64,000 nucleotides of DNA, taken from Eledone cirrhosa (Eukaryota). The stretch lies in NCBI GenBank assembly GCA_964016885.1, contig OZ024743.1:53382001-53446000 (forward strand). The letters are read 5' to 3'. A model generated the notes under the pieces. It ran no database searches and was not told the DNA's origin. It saw nothing but the letters and a program-made list of their open reading frames with translations. This document shows, piece after piece, positions 1-12,219 of this stretch. Every line of letters begins with the position of its first letter. Position 1 is the stretch's first letter. A program made the translations under genes and the position numbers.

Positions 1-171
1 CCCTGTGTGCCCTTTTTCGGGACTGTGACCCTTGACGAACGGACGTGTGACCGGGAGCTGCAACCAACGAACGGATATACCCACGTGAATGAGGCGAGTT
101 CGCTGAGTGAACTAACAGAATTGCGGTAAGTGCAGTAGCTTTCACATTACAGTTTCTACATTTCCATTTCT

Positions 172-485
172 GTGAAGGCACGTGGCTTTGTGGTTAGGAT
201 ATTCGGCTTACAACCGTTAGTTCTATCCCCGGCAGCGCGTTGTGTCCTTGAGCAAGACACTTTATTATACGTTGCTACAGTCCATTCAACTGGCAAAAAT
301 GAGTTGTACTTGTAAAACGAAGGGCCAGCCTTATGACATTCTGTGTCACGCTGAATCTCCTTGGGAACTACGTTAAGGGTACGCGTGTCTGTGGAATACT
401 CAGCCACTTGCACGTTAATTTTACAAGCAGGCTGTTCCGTTGATCGGATCAACTGGAACATTCGTCGTCGTAACCGACGGAGTGT
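172..485 (+). mobile_element. tRNA-derived SINE with CORE-like centre (copies at ~5640-5953, ~10661-10971, ~15715-16028)
   Basis: A-box-like gtggctttgtggttagg, then the CORE-like gtgtccttgagcaagacactt. Dispersed relatives lie at ~37375-37560(-), ~51960-52200(-) and ~60105-60390(+). Confidence 0.7.
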
Positions 486-715
486 CACTTTCAGTTATTT
501 TCATTTGTATACTCTATTACATACGGGAAACAACTCATTAATGTAGCTCTGCTTTGTTAAGAGTTGCTTCCCTGTAGCAACTACTTTTGTTACTAGTCAT
601 GATCAAGTTGATCTTATTGAAATCAGCTAAGGTCGTGTATAACATTTGGTCATGCAAAGTTTAGACGTGGTCTAGTAGTTAGGGTGTTGAACTCTCGATT
701 ATAAGGTCGTGGGGT

Positions 716-743
<28 letters not shown>

Positions 744-748
<5 letters not shown>

Positions 749-936
749 AACGAGTAGGACCCCGACGGATGAGCTCAAGCCGTTTCGACGGCTAATTATG
801 AACTAAATTAGCCGTCGAAATGGCTTGAGCTCAGCCGTCGGGGTCCTACTCGTTCCTATTACCCACTCTACTACCCTAAGTATTGAGTACTTTGGTGCGT
901 TATGGTCCATCTGGTTCCTTACCACGTTTCCTTCGT

Positions 937-945
<9 letters not shown>
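744..945 (+). mobile_element. Penelope-like short repeat family A, copy 1: (TA)n-flanked, 744-859 palindrome, partial hammerhead
   Basis: Arms 744-797 and 806-859 are inverted with 2 mismatches. Stem II gacggctaatt/aattagccgtc is followed by GAAA, stem III A(C/T)GGCT-tgagctc-AGCCGT, C and GGGGTC. The body is shared with 976-1170 and 33241-33398. Confidence 0.6.
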
Positions 946-975
<30 letters not shown>

Positions 976-979
<4 letters not shown>

Positions 980-1170
980 ATGTATGACCCCGACGGCAGA
1001 GCTCAAGCCGTTTCGACGACTATTTCTCCAGAAATAGCCGTCGAAACGGCTTGAGCTCTGCCGTCGAGGCCATACATTTTCCTATTACCCACTCTGAGTA
1101 CTCTGAGTACTCTGGTGCGTTATGGTCCATCTGGTTCCTTACCACAACCCCTTCGTTATATATTTATATA
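976..1170 (+). mobile_element. Penelope-like short repeat family A, copy 2: 976-1081 palindrome, partial hammerhead
   Basis: Inverted arms centred on tatttct-cc-agaaata, with GAAAC at 1043 and GTC at 1063-1065. Only its 3' tail survives in array units 2-4. Confidence 0.6.
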
Positions 1171-1434
1171 TAACATAATTTATCCGTTCAAAATGACCAT
1201 CTCGTTTCGCTCAGTGGAGCTGTTCATCGTTCTGAGGTGTTACTCATAAACATATGTATGTATGTGTGACTGTGAGTGTGTGCGTGAAAATTTGCGCGTA
1301 TATACTTAGGCTTATGTTTCTGCCTATGTCTGTGTTTATGTCTCGTAACATAGCCGTTCATCAAAAAAGATCGGCATAGAAAAGTATCTTCTTTGATACA
1401 TTGGATATCAAAAAAACTATATATACTATAGTGG

Positions 1435-1784
1435 TTAAAATGACTCAGGTAAGAATCGCCAGACACATTTTACGGCCAAAATCCGCTGGCAGGAGACCCA
1501 GGGGTAAACCCCGAGCAAGATGGCTGGATAACATTCATGAGATTGGCTGGTCTTGTCTGGAGATTAGATCGTTGCTTCTGACAGGACCCGCTGGAAGGGG
1601 TGTTTGAGGACTCTGTCCTCAACAACCCTTCCAGGAATAAGGGGGCGAAGAAGAAGAAGAAGAAGAAGAAGAAGAAGAAGAAGAAGAAGAAGAAGAAGAA
1701 GAAGAAGAAGAAGAAGAAGAAGAAGAAGAAGAAGAAGAAGAAGAAGAAGAAGAAGAAGAAGAAGAAGATGATGATGACGATGAC

Positions 1785-1832
<48 letters not shown>

Positions 1833-1845
1833 GAAGAAGAAGAAG
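1435..1845 (+). mobile_element. RTE-clade LINE 3' fragment with (GAA)n/(GAT)n tail (one in each array unit)
   Basis: Translation RRPRGKPRARWLDNIHEIGWSCLEI is typical of the RTE C-terminus and is followed directly by (GAA)n. Confidence 0.8.
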
Positions 1846-2107
1846 GGTGAGGAGGAAAACGACGACGGCAACCACAACAACAATAACAACAACTACAGTG
1901 ATAACTTACTAGAATCGCAGCAACTCGTACAGTGCCATCAACGTTGTCAACAACAGCAATAACACCGACTGTCACTATCACCTCGCCCTCCTTGATGGCA
2001 TTAACAGCTACGAGACAACAGTGTTAGTCTTCAGTCACAATAGACCAACTTCTTTCTCGCATATAAAGAAAGCTTTATTTTCACGAAGGGGAATATGAGA
2101 AGCTTAC

Positions 2108-2200
<93 letters not shown>

Positions 2201-2452
2201 CATCAGGATGAAAGTATTTTATCTGTGACATATCAACATACCAAAATATTATTGAACATTGCACTAACACGTGTACCATTATCGTAATTGTTAGACACAA
2301 TATGTGACAAGGCCCATTAAATTACAAGTACAATCCATCTAACGGGCTTTCACATAGTTTTCGTCTAGCTAATTTCACTCACAAAGCATGGATCAATTCA
2401 AGTCTATGGTGATTGACACTTCCTAGGATCGAACCCGGTTCCTAATGTATAT

Positions 2453-2884
2453 GTACCTTCCAGTCTCAAATAAATAGGGGGGGGGGTGGACAAGTGGGGG
2501 GAGGGATAAACGGGAGTGTTGGAATTAGCGGGGAAGTTGAAAAATCTGTAAATTCTTTAAGTTGTCACCCTTGATTAAAAAAAACCCCAGAATTAGTCGT
2601 TTAGTTTACATATTGAGACCCCAACCCGTCCTATTTATTTTATAGTGTATGGTATTTCTAGTAATGTACTTCTTTTGTTCTGTATAATGTTTTTTTAATG
2701 TATAAAGAAAATTAATTATTGCAGGAATGCTACCACAAAAAATAAAATTTCGCCGGAGATAGATTAGTAAAATTTAATAAGCAGGGGTGGGGTGGAATAA
2801 AAGTGTGTGTGTGGTGGTGGTGGTGGGTGGTTCTGGAAAAGTAATAAGCGGCGGTGGGGGACAATTATGCGAGACCCAAGAGTA
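2453..2884 (-). mobile_element. Non-autonomous Tc1/pogo-type MITE (TIR ~TACTCTCGGGTCNCAAATAAT)
   Basis: Imperfect TIRs bounded by TA. Internal sequence is homologous to 3218-3583, 53324-53703 and 55756-56162. Confidence 0.7.
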
Positions 2885-3217
2885 TATGCATGTGTATTTC
2901 CATTATATGAATTATTTACAATGAAGAGTTTAACATTCAGTAAATCTCTTGATATCTCTTGATATCTCTTGATATCAGAGTGATGAAGAAATATCACGTC
3001 GATCTCGCCCTTCGTGGAGGCCGTATGTAGGTCATTGATACAGTCCTTTCCTTCAGACCTTAACAAAATATGTATATTAAAAGAACACAACAAAAAACAA
3101 ACAAAAGAACGCTCAACGAAACAAAATCCCATAAATTTATAAACCAAATCACGGGAGAGGACTGTGTAATGTAATTGTCTCCCTTTAGTTTAGGAATTGA
3201 AAAATATATTTCACATA

Positions 3218-3583
3218 TTCTTGGTTCTCGAATAATGAGCCCCCACCTTATTCATTTATTTTTTATTTTTCCACTACCCTCGCAATTATTCCAACCCCAC
3301 CGCTTATTAGGTGTTTTGCTAATCTATCTCCAGCGTGGTAGTTTTCCTGCGACAATTAATTTTCTTTAGACATTAAAAAGCATACATGAAAAAAAACGTT
3401 AATTACTGGGAAATACTATACGTTATAAAATAAAAAGGATGTAAACTAAACGACTAATTCTGGTTTTTAACGAAGGAGACAACCTAGAAAAATTACCGCC
3501 CCCACCCGCTTAATTCCAATTCCTCTGCTTATTCCAACCCTCTGCTTAATCCACCCCCACTATTATTTGTGACCCGAGATTAT
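3218..3583 (+). mobile_element. Same MITE family, opposite orientation
   Basis: Ends tattcttggttctcgaataat and attatttgtgacccgagatta; shares the internal gtaaactaaacgactaattctgg. Confidence 0.7.
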
Positions 3584-4130
3584 ATATTTCCTCACTGTGG
3601 CGATAGAGTCCCACGGTGGTTGTTTCGGTACAGTGCGCTTGAGTTCAAATCACGCCGCGGCCAACTTTACTTTTCACTCTTTTGTGGTCGATAAATAAAG
3701 TAGTGATTTAGTATTATGGCTGGTTCTCCCTCTTTCCTTGAAGGTAATCGGTTATTCTCCAATATGAAAAGGGTCGGTTCCACCCGGATTAAAATACCAA
3801 AGACACCCGCCTACAACTCCATCGCTAGTTAACAGCCCTTTTATGTTTATTTTTCTTTTCTTATTGACTTTAATTGTCACATTGCTGAATTGTTAGGTCA
3901 CTCTACCACAAACACACACACACACACATACACACACGCACACACACAGACGCACACACACACACACATACACACGCAAACATACACGCACACACACACA
4001 AACACACACACACGCACGCACACACACACAACGAAAGTGACAATTATATTCCCCCTCTCTTTCTCTCTGTGTTCCCCTTTCTCCCTCCCTTTCTCTTTCG
4101 TCCAAGTCTTGTACCTCTTGACTGTATCTT

Positions 4131-4432
4131 GCCGAGGTTAACTTTGCCTTTCATCCTTATGGGGTCGATAAAATAAAGTACCAGTAATACACTGCGTATT
4201 TTGCTGGCCTTGTGCCAATAGTAGAAACAATTATATTATCGCGGTGGATTGGCAATATCGGTAGATAGTCGGACGCCATACTTTCCAGTATAGTTACGTC
4301 CCTTTACGATCTGAGTTCAAATCCCGTCGAGGTTAACTTTGCCTTTCATCCTTACGGGGTCGATAAAATAAAGTACCAGTAATGCACTGGGTTATTTTTG
4401 GCCTTGTGCAAATAGTAGAAACAATTATATTA
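4131..4432 (+). mobile_element. tRNA-derived SINE family 2: one partial and one full copy in tandem (in each complete array unit)
   Basis: gcggtggattggca... then B box gagttcaaatccc, then the conserved gcctttcatccttacggggtcgataaaataaagtaccag centre. More than 15 copies occur in the window. Confidence 0.85.
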
Positions 4433-4471
4433 TCACTCGTGAAGCACACAGTTCCTTCTTCTTTTGTTAAG

Positions 4472-4517
<46 letters not shown>

Positions 4518-4696
4518 GGTGTTGGAAAATCTGCTTCGTAGAATCAAGACGTATCTGACGACCATGCGATTTTCTGAGTCAGGTTCGATCATCAGATCGA
4601 TCGTGCCTCAAGCTGGTCGCCAGAGAAACGATTGTAATATGTCCAATAAATTCCATTCGTCGCAACTCTGATTCACTTTTTTCTGTGATATATACA

Positions 4697-4732
<36 letters not shown>

Positions 4733-4769
4733 GTGTGCGTGTGTGTGTTTATGTTGTTGTGAAGTAGTT

Positions 4770-5335
4770 GCAGACGAGTTCGGTCTACACCTGCTATCTT
4801 GTCGGCATATCACAAGTCGGTTTCCTAGTCACGCCACACTGAACTACATAATCAGAAGGAGCCTCAACGGGGCCGACTTCCCGTCACATTGGATCCAGTT
4901 GACCTTGATTCTGGTAGTGGTAAACACCCATACAGGATAACTCTTTTCCCATTCGAGGGAAGTAAATCCCTAATCTGTGACGCCACGTGCTGCAACATGT
5001 TCTCCACCCGCCACCCCCACCCTCAACCTTGTCGTTTCGGCCACATTCAATGCAAAGGAGAGGAAAATAACCAAATATCGGGGCTTGACCAGCCATTTTT
5101 GTTTCGCGACGTTTACCGCCGAGACCTCAGGTGTCTTCGGTCCCTGAGCTGCCCTTTTCCTCCCTAAAATTAGTAAGACAACGTTTCATCTGAGGAATGA
5201 GTCCCATGCGGTGGGGTGGCTGTCGTAGCGTGTATTTTGGTCATTTTCCGTGGAAATGCTTTCGTTATTTTGTACGTGGTGCGTAGCTAAACACACCACT
5301 GAGACTGGGGTGTAGGGTCTGTCGGTCCTTCTTCC
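4770..5335 (+). mobile_element. CRE-clade non-LTR retrotransposon 3' fragment (zinc knuckle and restriction-like endonuclease), degenerate, in each complete array unit
   Basis: GLHLLSC..RFPSHATLNYIIRRSL and DPVDLDSGSGKHPYRITLFPFEGSKSLICDATC match the CRE-type RLE motif (KRPDG..P..G...WDAT). Confidence 0.75.
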
Positions 5336-7116
5336 TTTCCCTTTCTTCCGTTGAATAATTTAATTTTTCTTTTTCGTTTCTGTGGGATAGTGTGGTGGTG
5401 TGGAGGAGGTGACCAGAATCTGGGGACGATCGACCGGAGGCGGAAGAGGAAGTGACGCGAGATGCGTACCCTGTGTGCCCTTTTTCGGGACTGTGACCCT
5501 TGACGAACGGACGTGTGACCGGGAGCTGCAACCAACGAACGGATATACCCACGTGAATGAGGCGAGTTCGCTGAGTGAACTAACAGAATTGCGGTAAGTG
5601 CAGTAGCTTTCACATTACAGTTTCTACATTTCCATTTCTGTGAAGGCACGTGGCTTTGTGGTTAGGATATTCGGCTTACAACCGTTAGTTCTATCGACGG
5701 CAGCGCGTTGTGTCCTTGAGCAAGACACTTTATTTTACGTTGCTACAGTCCATTCAACTGGCAAAAATGAGTTGTACCTGTAAAGCGGAGGGCCAGCCTT
5801 ATGACATTCTGTGTCACGCTGAATCTCCTTGGGAACTACGTTAAGGGTACGCGTGTCTGTGGAATGCTCAGCCACTTGCACGTTAATTTTACAATCAGGC
5901 TGTTCCGTTGATCGGATCAACTGGAACATTCGTCGTCGTAACCGACGGAGTGTCACTTTCAGTTATTTTCATTTGTATACTCTATTACATACGGGAGACA
6001 ACTCATTAATGTAGCTCTGCTTTGTTAAGAGTTGCTTCCCTGTAGCCACTACTTTTGTTACTTGTCATGATCAAGTTGATCTTATTGAAATCAGCTAAGG
6101 TCGTGTATAACATTTGGTCATACATTTTCCTATTACCCACTCTGAGTACTCTGAGTACTCTGGTGCGTTATGGTCCATCTGGTTCCTTACCACAACCCCT
6201 TCGTTATATATTTATATATAACATAATTTATCCGTTCAAAATGACCATCTCTTTTCGCTCAGTGGAGCTGTTCATCGTTCTGAGGTGTTACTCATAAACA
6301 TATGTATGTATGTGTGACTGTGAGTGTGTGCGTGAAAATTTGCGCGTATATACTTAGGCTTATGTTTCTGCCTATGTCTGTGTTTATGTCTCGTAACATA
6401 GCCGTTCATCAAAAAAGATCGGCATAGAAAAGTATCTTCTTTGATACATTGGATATCAAAAAAACTATATATACTATAGTGGTTAAAATGACTCAGGTAA
6501 GAATCGCCAGACACATTTTACGGCCAAAATCCGCTGGCAGGAGACCCAGGGGTAAACCCCGAGCAAGATGGCTGGATAACATTCATGAGATTGGCTGGTC
6601 TTGTCTGGAGATTAGATCGTTGCTTCTGACAGGACCCGCTGGAAGGGGTGTTTGAGGACTCTGTCCTCAACAACCCTTCCAGGAATAAGGGGGCGAAGAA
6701 GAAGAAGAAGAAGAAGAAGAAGAAGAAGAAGAAGAAGAAGAAGAAGAAGAAGAAGAAGAAGAAGAAGAAGAAGAAGAAGAAGAAGAAGAAGAAGAAGAAG
6801 AAGAAGAAGAAGAAGAAGATGATGATGATGATGATGATGATGATGAAGAAGAAGGGTGAGGAGGAAAACGACGACGGCAACGACAACAACAATAACAACA
6901 ACTACAGTGATAACTTACTAGAATCGCAGCAACTCGTACAGTGCCATCAACGTTGTCAACAACAGCAATAACACCGACTGTCACTATCACCTCGCCCTCC
7001 TTGATGGCATTAACAGCTACGAGACAACAGTGTTAGTCTTCAGTCACAATAGACCAACTTCTTTCTCGCATATAAAGAAAGCTTTATTTTCACGAAGGGG
7101 AATATGAGAAGCTTAC

Positions 7117-7219
<103 letters not shown>

Positions 7220-9492
7220 CATCAGGATGAAAGTATTTTATCTGTGACATATCAACATACCAAAATATTATTGAACATTGCACTAACACGTGTACCATTA
7301 TCGTAATTGTTAGACACAATATGTGACAAGGCCCATTAAATTACAAGTACAATCCATCTAACGGGCTTTCACATAGTTTTCGTCTAGCTAATTTCACTCA
7401 CAAAGCATGGATCAATTCAAGTCTATGGTGATTGACACTTCCTAGGATCGAACCCGGTTCCTAATGTATATGTACCTTCCAGTCTCAAATAAATAGGGGG
7501 GTGGGTGGACAAGTGGGGGGAGGGATAAACGGGAGTGTTGGAATTAGCGGGGAAGTTGAAAAATCTGTAAATTCTTTAAGTTGTCACCCTTGATTAAAAA
7601 AAACCCCAGAATTAGTCGTTTAGTTTACATATTGAGACCCCAACCCGTCCTATTTATTTTATAGTGTATGGTATTTCTAGTAATGTACTTCTTTTGTTCT
7701 GTATAATGTTTTTTTAATGTATAAAGAAAATTAATTATTGCAGGAATGCTACCACAAAAAATAAAATTTCGCCGGAGATAGATTAGTAAAATTTAATAAG
7801 CAGGGGTGGGGTGGAATAAAAGTGTGTGTGTGGTGGTGGTGGTGGGTGGTTCTGGAAAAGTAATAAGCGGCGGTGGGGGACAATTATGCGAGACCCAAAA
7901 GTATATGCATGTGTATTTCCATTATATGAATTATTTACAATGAAGAGTTTAACATTCAGTAAATCTCTTGATATCTCTTGATATCTCTTGATATCAGAGT
8001 GATGAAGAAATATCACGTCGATCTCGCCCTTCGTGGAGGCCGTATGTAGGTCATTGATACAGTCCTTTCCTTCAGACCTTAACAAAATATGTATATTAAA
8101 AGAACACAACAAAAAACAAACAAAAGAACGCTCAACGAAACAAAATCCCATAAATTTATAAACCAAATCACGGGAGAGGACTGTGTAATGTAATTGTCTC
8201 CCTTTAGTTTAGGAATTGAAAAATATATTTCACATATTCTTGGTTCTCGAATAATGAGCCCCCACCTTATTCATTTATTTTTTATTTTTCCACTACCCTC
8301 GCAATTATTCCAACCCCACCGCTTATTAGGTGTTTTGCTAATCTATCTCCAGCGTGGTAGTTTTCCTGCGACAATTAATTTTCTTTAGACATTAAAAAGC
8401 ATACATGAAAAAAAACGTTAATTACTGGGAAATACTATACGTTATAAAATAAAAAGGATGTAAACTAAACGACTAATTCTGGTTTTTAACGAAGGAGACA
8501 ACCTAGAAAAATTACCGCCCCCACCCGCTTAATTCCAATTCCTCTGCTTATTCCAACCCTCTGCTTAATCCACCCCCACTATTATTTGTGACCCGAGATT
8601 ATATATTTCCTCACTGTGGCGATAGAGTCCCACGGTGGTTGTTTCGGTACAGTGCGCTTGAGTTCAAATCACGCCGCGGCCAACTTTACTTTTCACTCTT
8701 TTGTGGTCGATAAATAAAGTAGTGATTTAGTATTATGGCTGGTTCTCCCTCTTTCCTTGAAGGTAATCGGTTATTCTCCAATATGAAAAGGGTCGGTTCC
8801 ACCCGGATTAAAATACCAAAGACACCCGCCTACAACTCCATCGCTAGTTAACAGCCCTTTTATGTTTATTTTTCTTTTCTTATTGACTTTAATTGTCACA
8901 TTGCTGAATTGTTAGGTCACTCTACCACAAACACACACACACACACACATACACACACGCACACACACAGACGCACACACACACACACATACACACGCAA
9001 ACATACACGCACACACACACAAACACACACACACGCACGCACACACACACAACGAAAGTGACAATTATATTCCCCCTCTCTTTCTCTCTGTGTTCCCCTT
9101 TCTCCCTCCCTTTCTCTTTCGTCCAAGTCTTGTACCTCTTGACTGTATCTTGCCGAGGTTAACTTTGCCTTTCATCCTTATGGGGTCGATAAAATAAAGT
9201 ACCAGTAATACACTGCGTATTTTGCTGGCCTTGTGCCAATAGTAGAAACAATTATATTATCGCGGTGGATTGGCAATATCGGTAGATAGTCGGACGCCAT
9301 ACTTTCCAGTATAGTTACGTCCCTTTACGATCTGAGTTCAAATCCCGTCGAGGTTAACTTTGCCTTTCATCCTTACGGGGTCGATAAAATAAAGTACCAG
9401 TAATGCACTGGGTTATTTTTGGCCTTGTGCAAATAGTAGAAACAATTATATTATCACTCGTGAAGCACACAGTTCCTTCTTCTTTTGTTAAG

Positions 9493-9540
<48 letters not shown>

Positions 9541-9721
9541 GGTGTTGGAAAATCTGCTTCGTAGAATCAAGACGTATCTGACGACCATGCGATTTTCTGA
9601 GTCAGGTTCGATCATCAGATCGATCGTGCCTCAAGCTGGTCGCCAGAGAAACGATTGTAATATGTCCAATAAATTCCATTCGTCGCAACTCTGATTCACT
9701 TTTTTCTGTGATATATACAGC

Positions 9722-9753
<32 letters not shown>

Positions 9754-12125
9754 GTGTGCGTGTGTGTGTTTATGTTGTTGTGAAGTAGTTGCAGACGAGT
9801 TCGGTCTACACCTGCTATCTTGTCGGCATATCACAAGTCGGTTTCCTAGTCACGCCACACTGAACTACATAATCAGAAGGAGCCTCAACGGCGCCGACTT
9901 CCCGTCACATTGGATCCAGTTGACCTTGATTCTGGTAGTGGTAAACACCCATACAGGATAACTCTTTTCCCATTCGAGGGAAGTAAATCCCTAATCTGTG
10001 ACGCCACGTGCTGCAACATGTTCTCCACCCGCCACCCCCACCCTCAACCTTGTCGTTTCGGCCACATTCAATGCAAAGGAGAGGAAAATAACCAAATATC
10101 GGGGCTTGACCAGCCATTTTTGTTTCGCGACGTTTACCGCCGAGACCTCAGGTGTCTTCGGTCCCTGAGCTGCCCTTTTCCTCCCTAAAATTAGTAAGAC
10201 AACGTTTCATCTGAGGAATGAGTCTCATGCGGTGGGGTGGCTGTCGTAGCGTGTATTTTGGTCATTTTCCGTGGAAATGCTTTCGTTATTTTGTACGTGG
10301 TGCGTAGCTAAACACACCACTGAGACTGGGGTGTAGGGTCTGTCGGTCCTTCTTCCTTTCCCTTTCTTTCGTTGAATAATTTCATTTTTCTTTTTCGTTT
10401 CTGTGGGATAGTGTGGTGGTGTGGAGGAGGTGACCAGAATCTGGGGGCGATCGACCGGAGGCGGATGAGGAAGTGACGCGAGATGCGTACCCTGTGTGCC
10501 CTTTTTCGGGACTGTGACCCTTGACGAACGGACGTGTGACCGGGAGCTGCAACCAACGAACGGATATACCCACGTGAATGAGGCGAGTTCGCTGAGTGAA
10601 CTAACAGAATTGCGGTAAGTGCAGTAGCTTTCACATTACAGTTTCTACATTTCCATTTCTGTGAAGGCACGTGGCTTTGTGGTTAGGATATTCGGCTTAC
10701 AACCGTTAGTTCTATCGACGGCAGGTTGTGTCCTTGAGCAAGACACTTTATTTTACATGGCTACAGTCCATTCAACTGGCAAAAATGAGTTGTACCTGTA
10801 AAGCGGAGGGCCAGCCTTATGACATTCTGTGTCACGCTGAATCTCCTTGGGAACTACGTTAAGGGTACGCGTGTCTGTGGAATGCTCAGCCACTTGCACG
10901 TTAATTTTACAATCAGGCTGTTCCGTTGATCGGATCAACTGGAACATTCGTCGTCGTAACCGACGGAGTGTCACTTTCAGTTATTTTCATTTGTATACTC
11001 TATTACATACGGGAGACAACTCATTAATGTAGCTCTGCTTTGTTAAGAGTTGCTTCCCTGTAGCCACTACTTTTGTTACTAGTCATGATCAAGTTGATCT
11101 TATTGAAATCAGCTAAGGTCGTGTATAACATTTGGTCATACATTTTCCTATTACCCACTCTGAGTACTCTGAGTACTCTGGTGCGTTATGGTCCATCTGG
11201 TTCCTTACCACAACCCCTTCGTTATATATTTATATATAACATAATTTATCCGTTCAAAATGACCATCTCTTTTCGCTCAGTGGAGCTGTTCATCGTTCTG
11301 AGGTGTTACTCATAAACATATGTATGTATGTGTGACTGTGAGTGTGTGCGTGAAAATTTGCGCGTATATACTTAGGCTTATGTTTCTGCCTATGTCTGTG
11401 TTTATGTCTCGTAACATAGCCGTTCATCAAAAAAGATCGGCATAGAAAAGTATCTTCTTTGATACATTGGATATCAAAAAAACTATATATACTATAGTGG
11501 TTAAAATGACTCAGGTAAGAATCGCCAGACACATTTTACGGCCAAAATCCGCTGGCAGGAGACCCAGGGGTAAACCCCGAGCAAGATGGCTGGATAACAT
11601 TCATGAGATTGGCTGGTCTTGTCTGGAGATTAGATCGTTGCTTCTGACAGGACCCGCTGGAAGGGGTGTTTGAGGACTCTGTCCTCAACAACCCTTCCAG
11701 GAATAAGGGGGCGAAGAAGAAGAAGAAGAAGAAGAAGAAGAAGAAGAAGAAGAAGAAGAAGAAGAAGAAGAAGAAGAAGAAGAAGAAGAAGAAGAAGAAG
11801 AAGAAGAAGAAGAAGAAGAAGAAGAAGATGATGATGATGATGATGATGATGATGAAGAAGAAGGGTGAGGAGGAAAACGACGACGGCAACGACAACAACA
11901 ATAACAACAACTACAGTGATAACTTACTAGAATCGCAGCAACTCGTACAGTGCCATCAACGTTGTCAACAACAGCAATAACACCGACTGTCACTATCACC
12001 TCGCCCTCCTTGATGGCATTAACAGCTACGAGACAACAGTGTTAGTCTTCAGTCACAATAGACCAACTTCTTTCTCGCATATAAAGAAAGCTTTATTTTC
12101 ACGAAGGGGAATATGAGATGCTTAC

Positions 12126-12219
<94 letters not shown>

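Noticed and set aside
1470-1981. Poly-K/F/S/L ORFs, and the many YI, HT, RE and CV ORFs across the window
   Set aside because: They are translations of microsatellites, not genes.
4241-4330. tRNA gene
   Set aside because: It has a B box but no cloverleaf, and continues into a SINE body.
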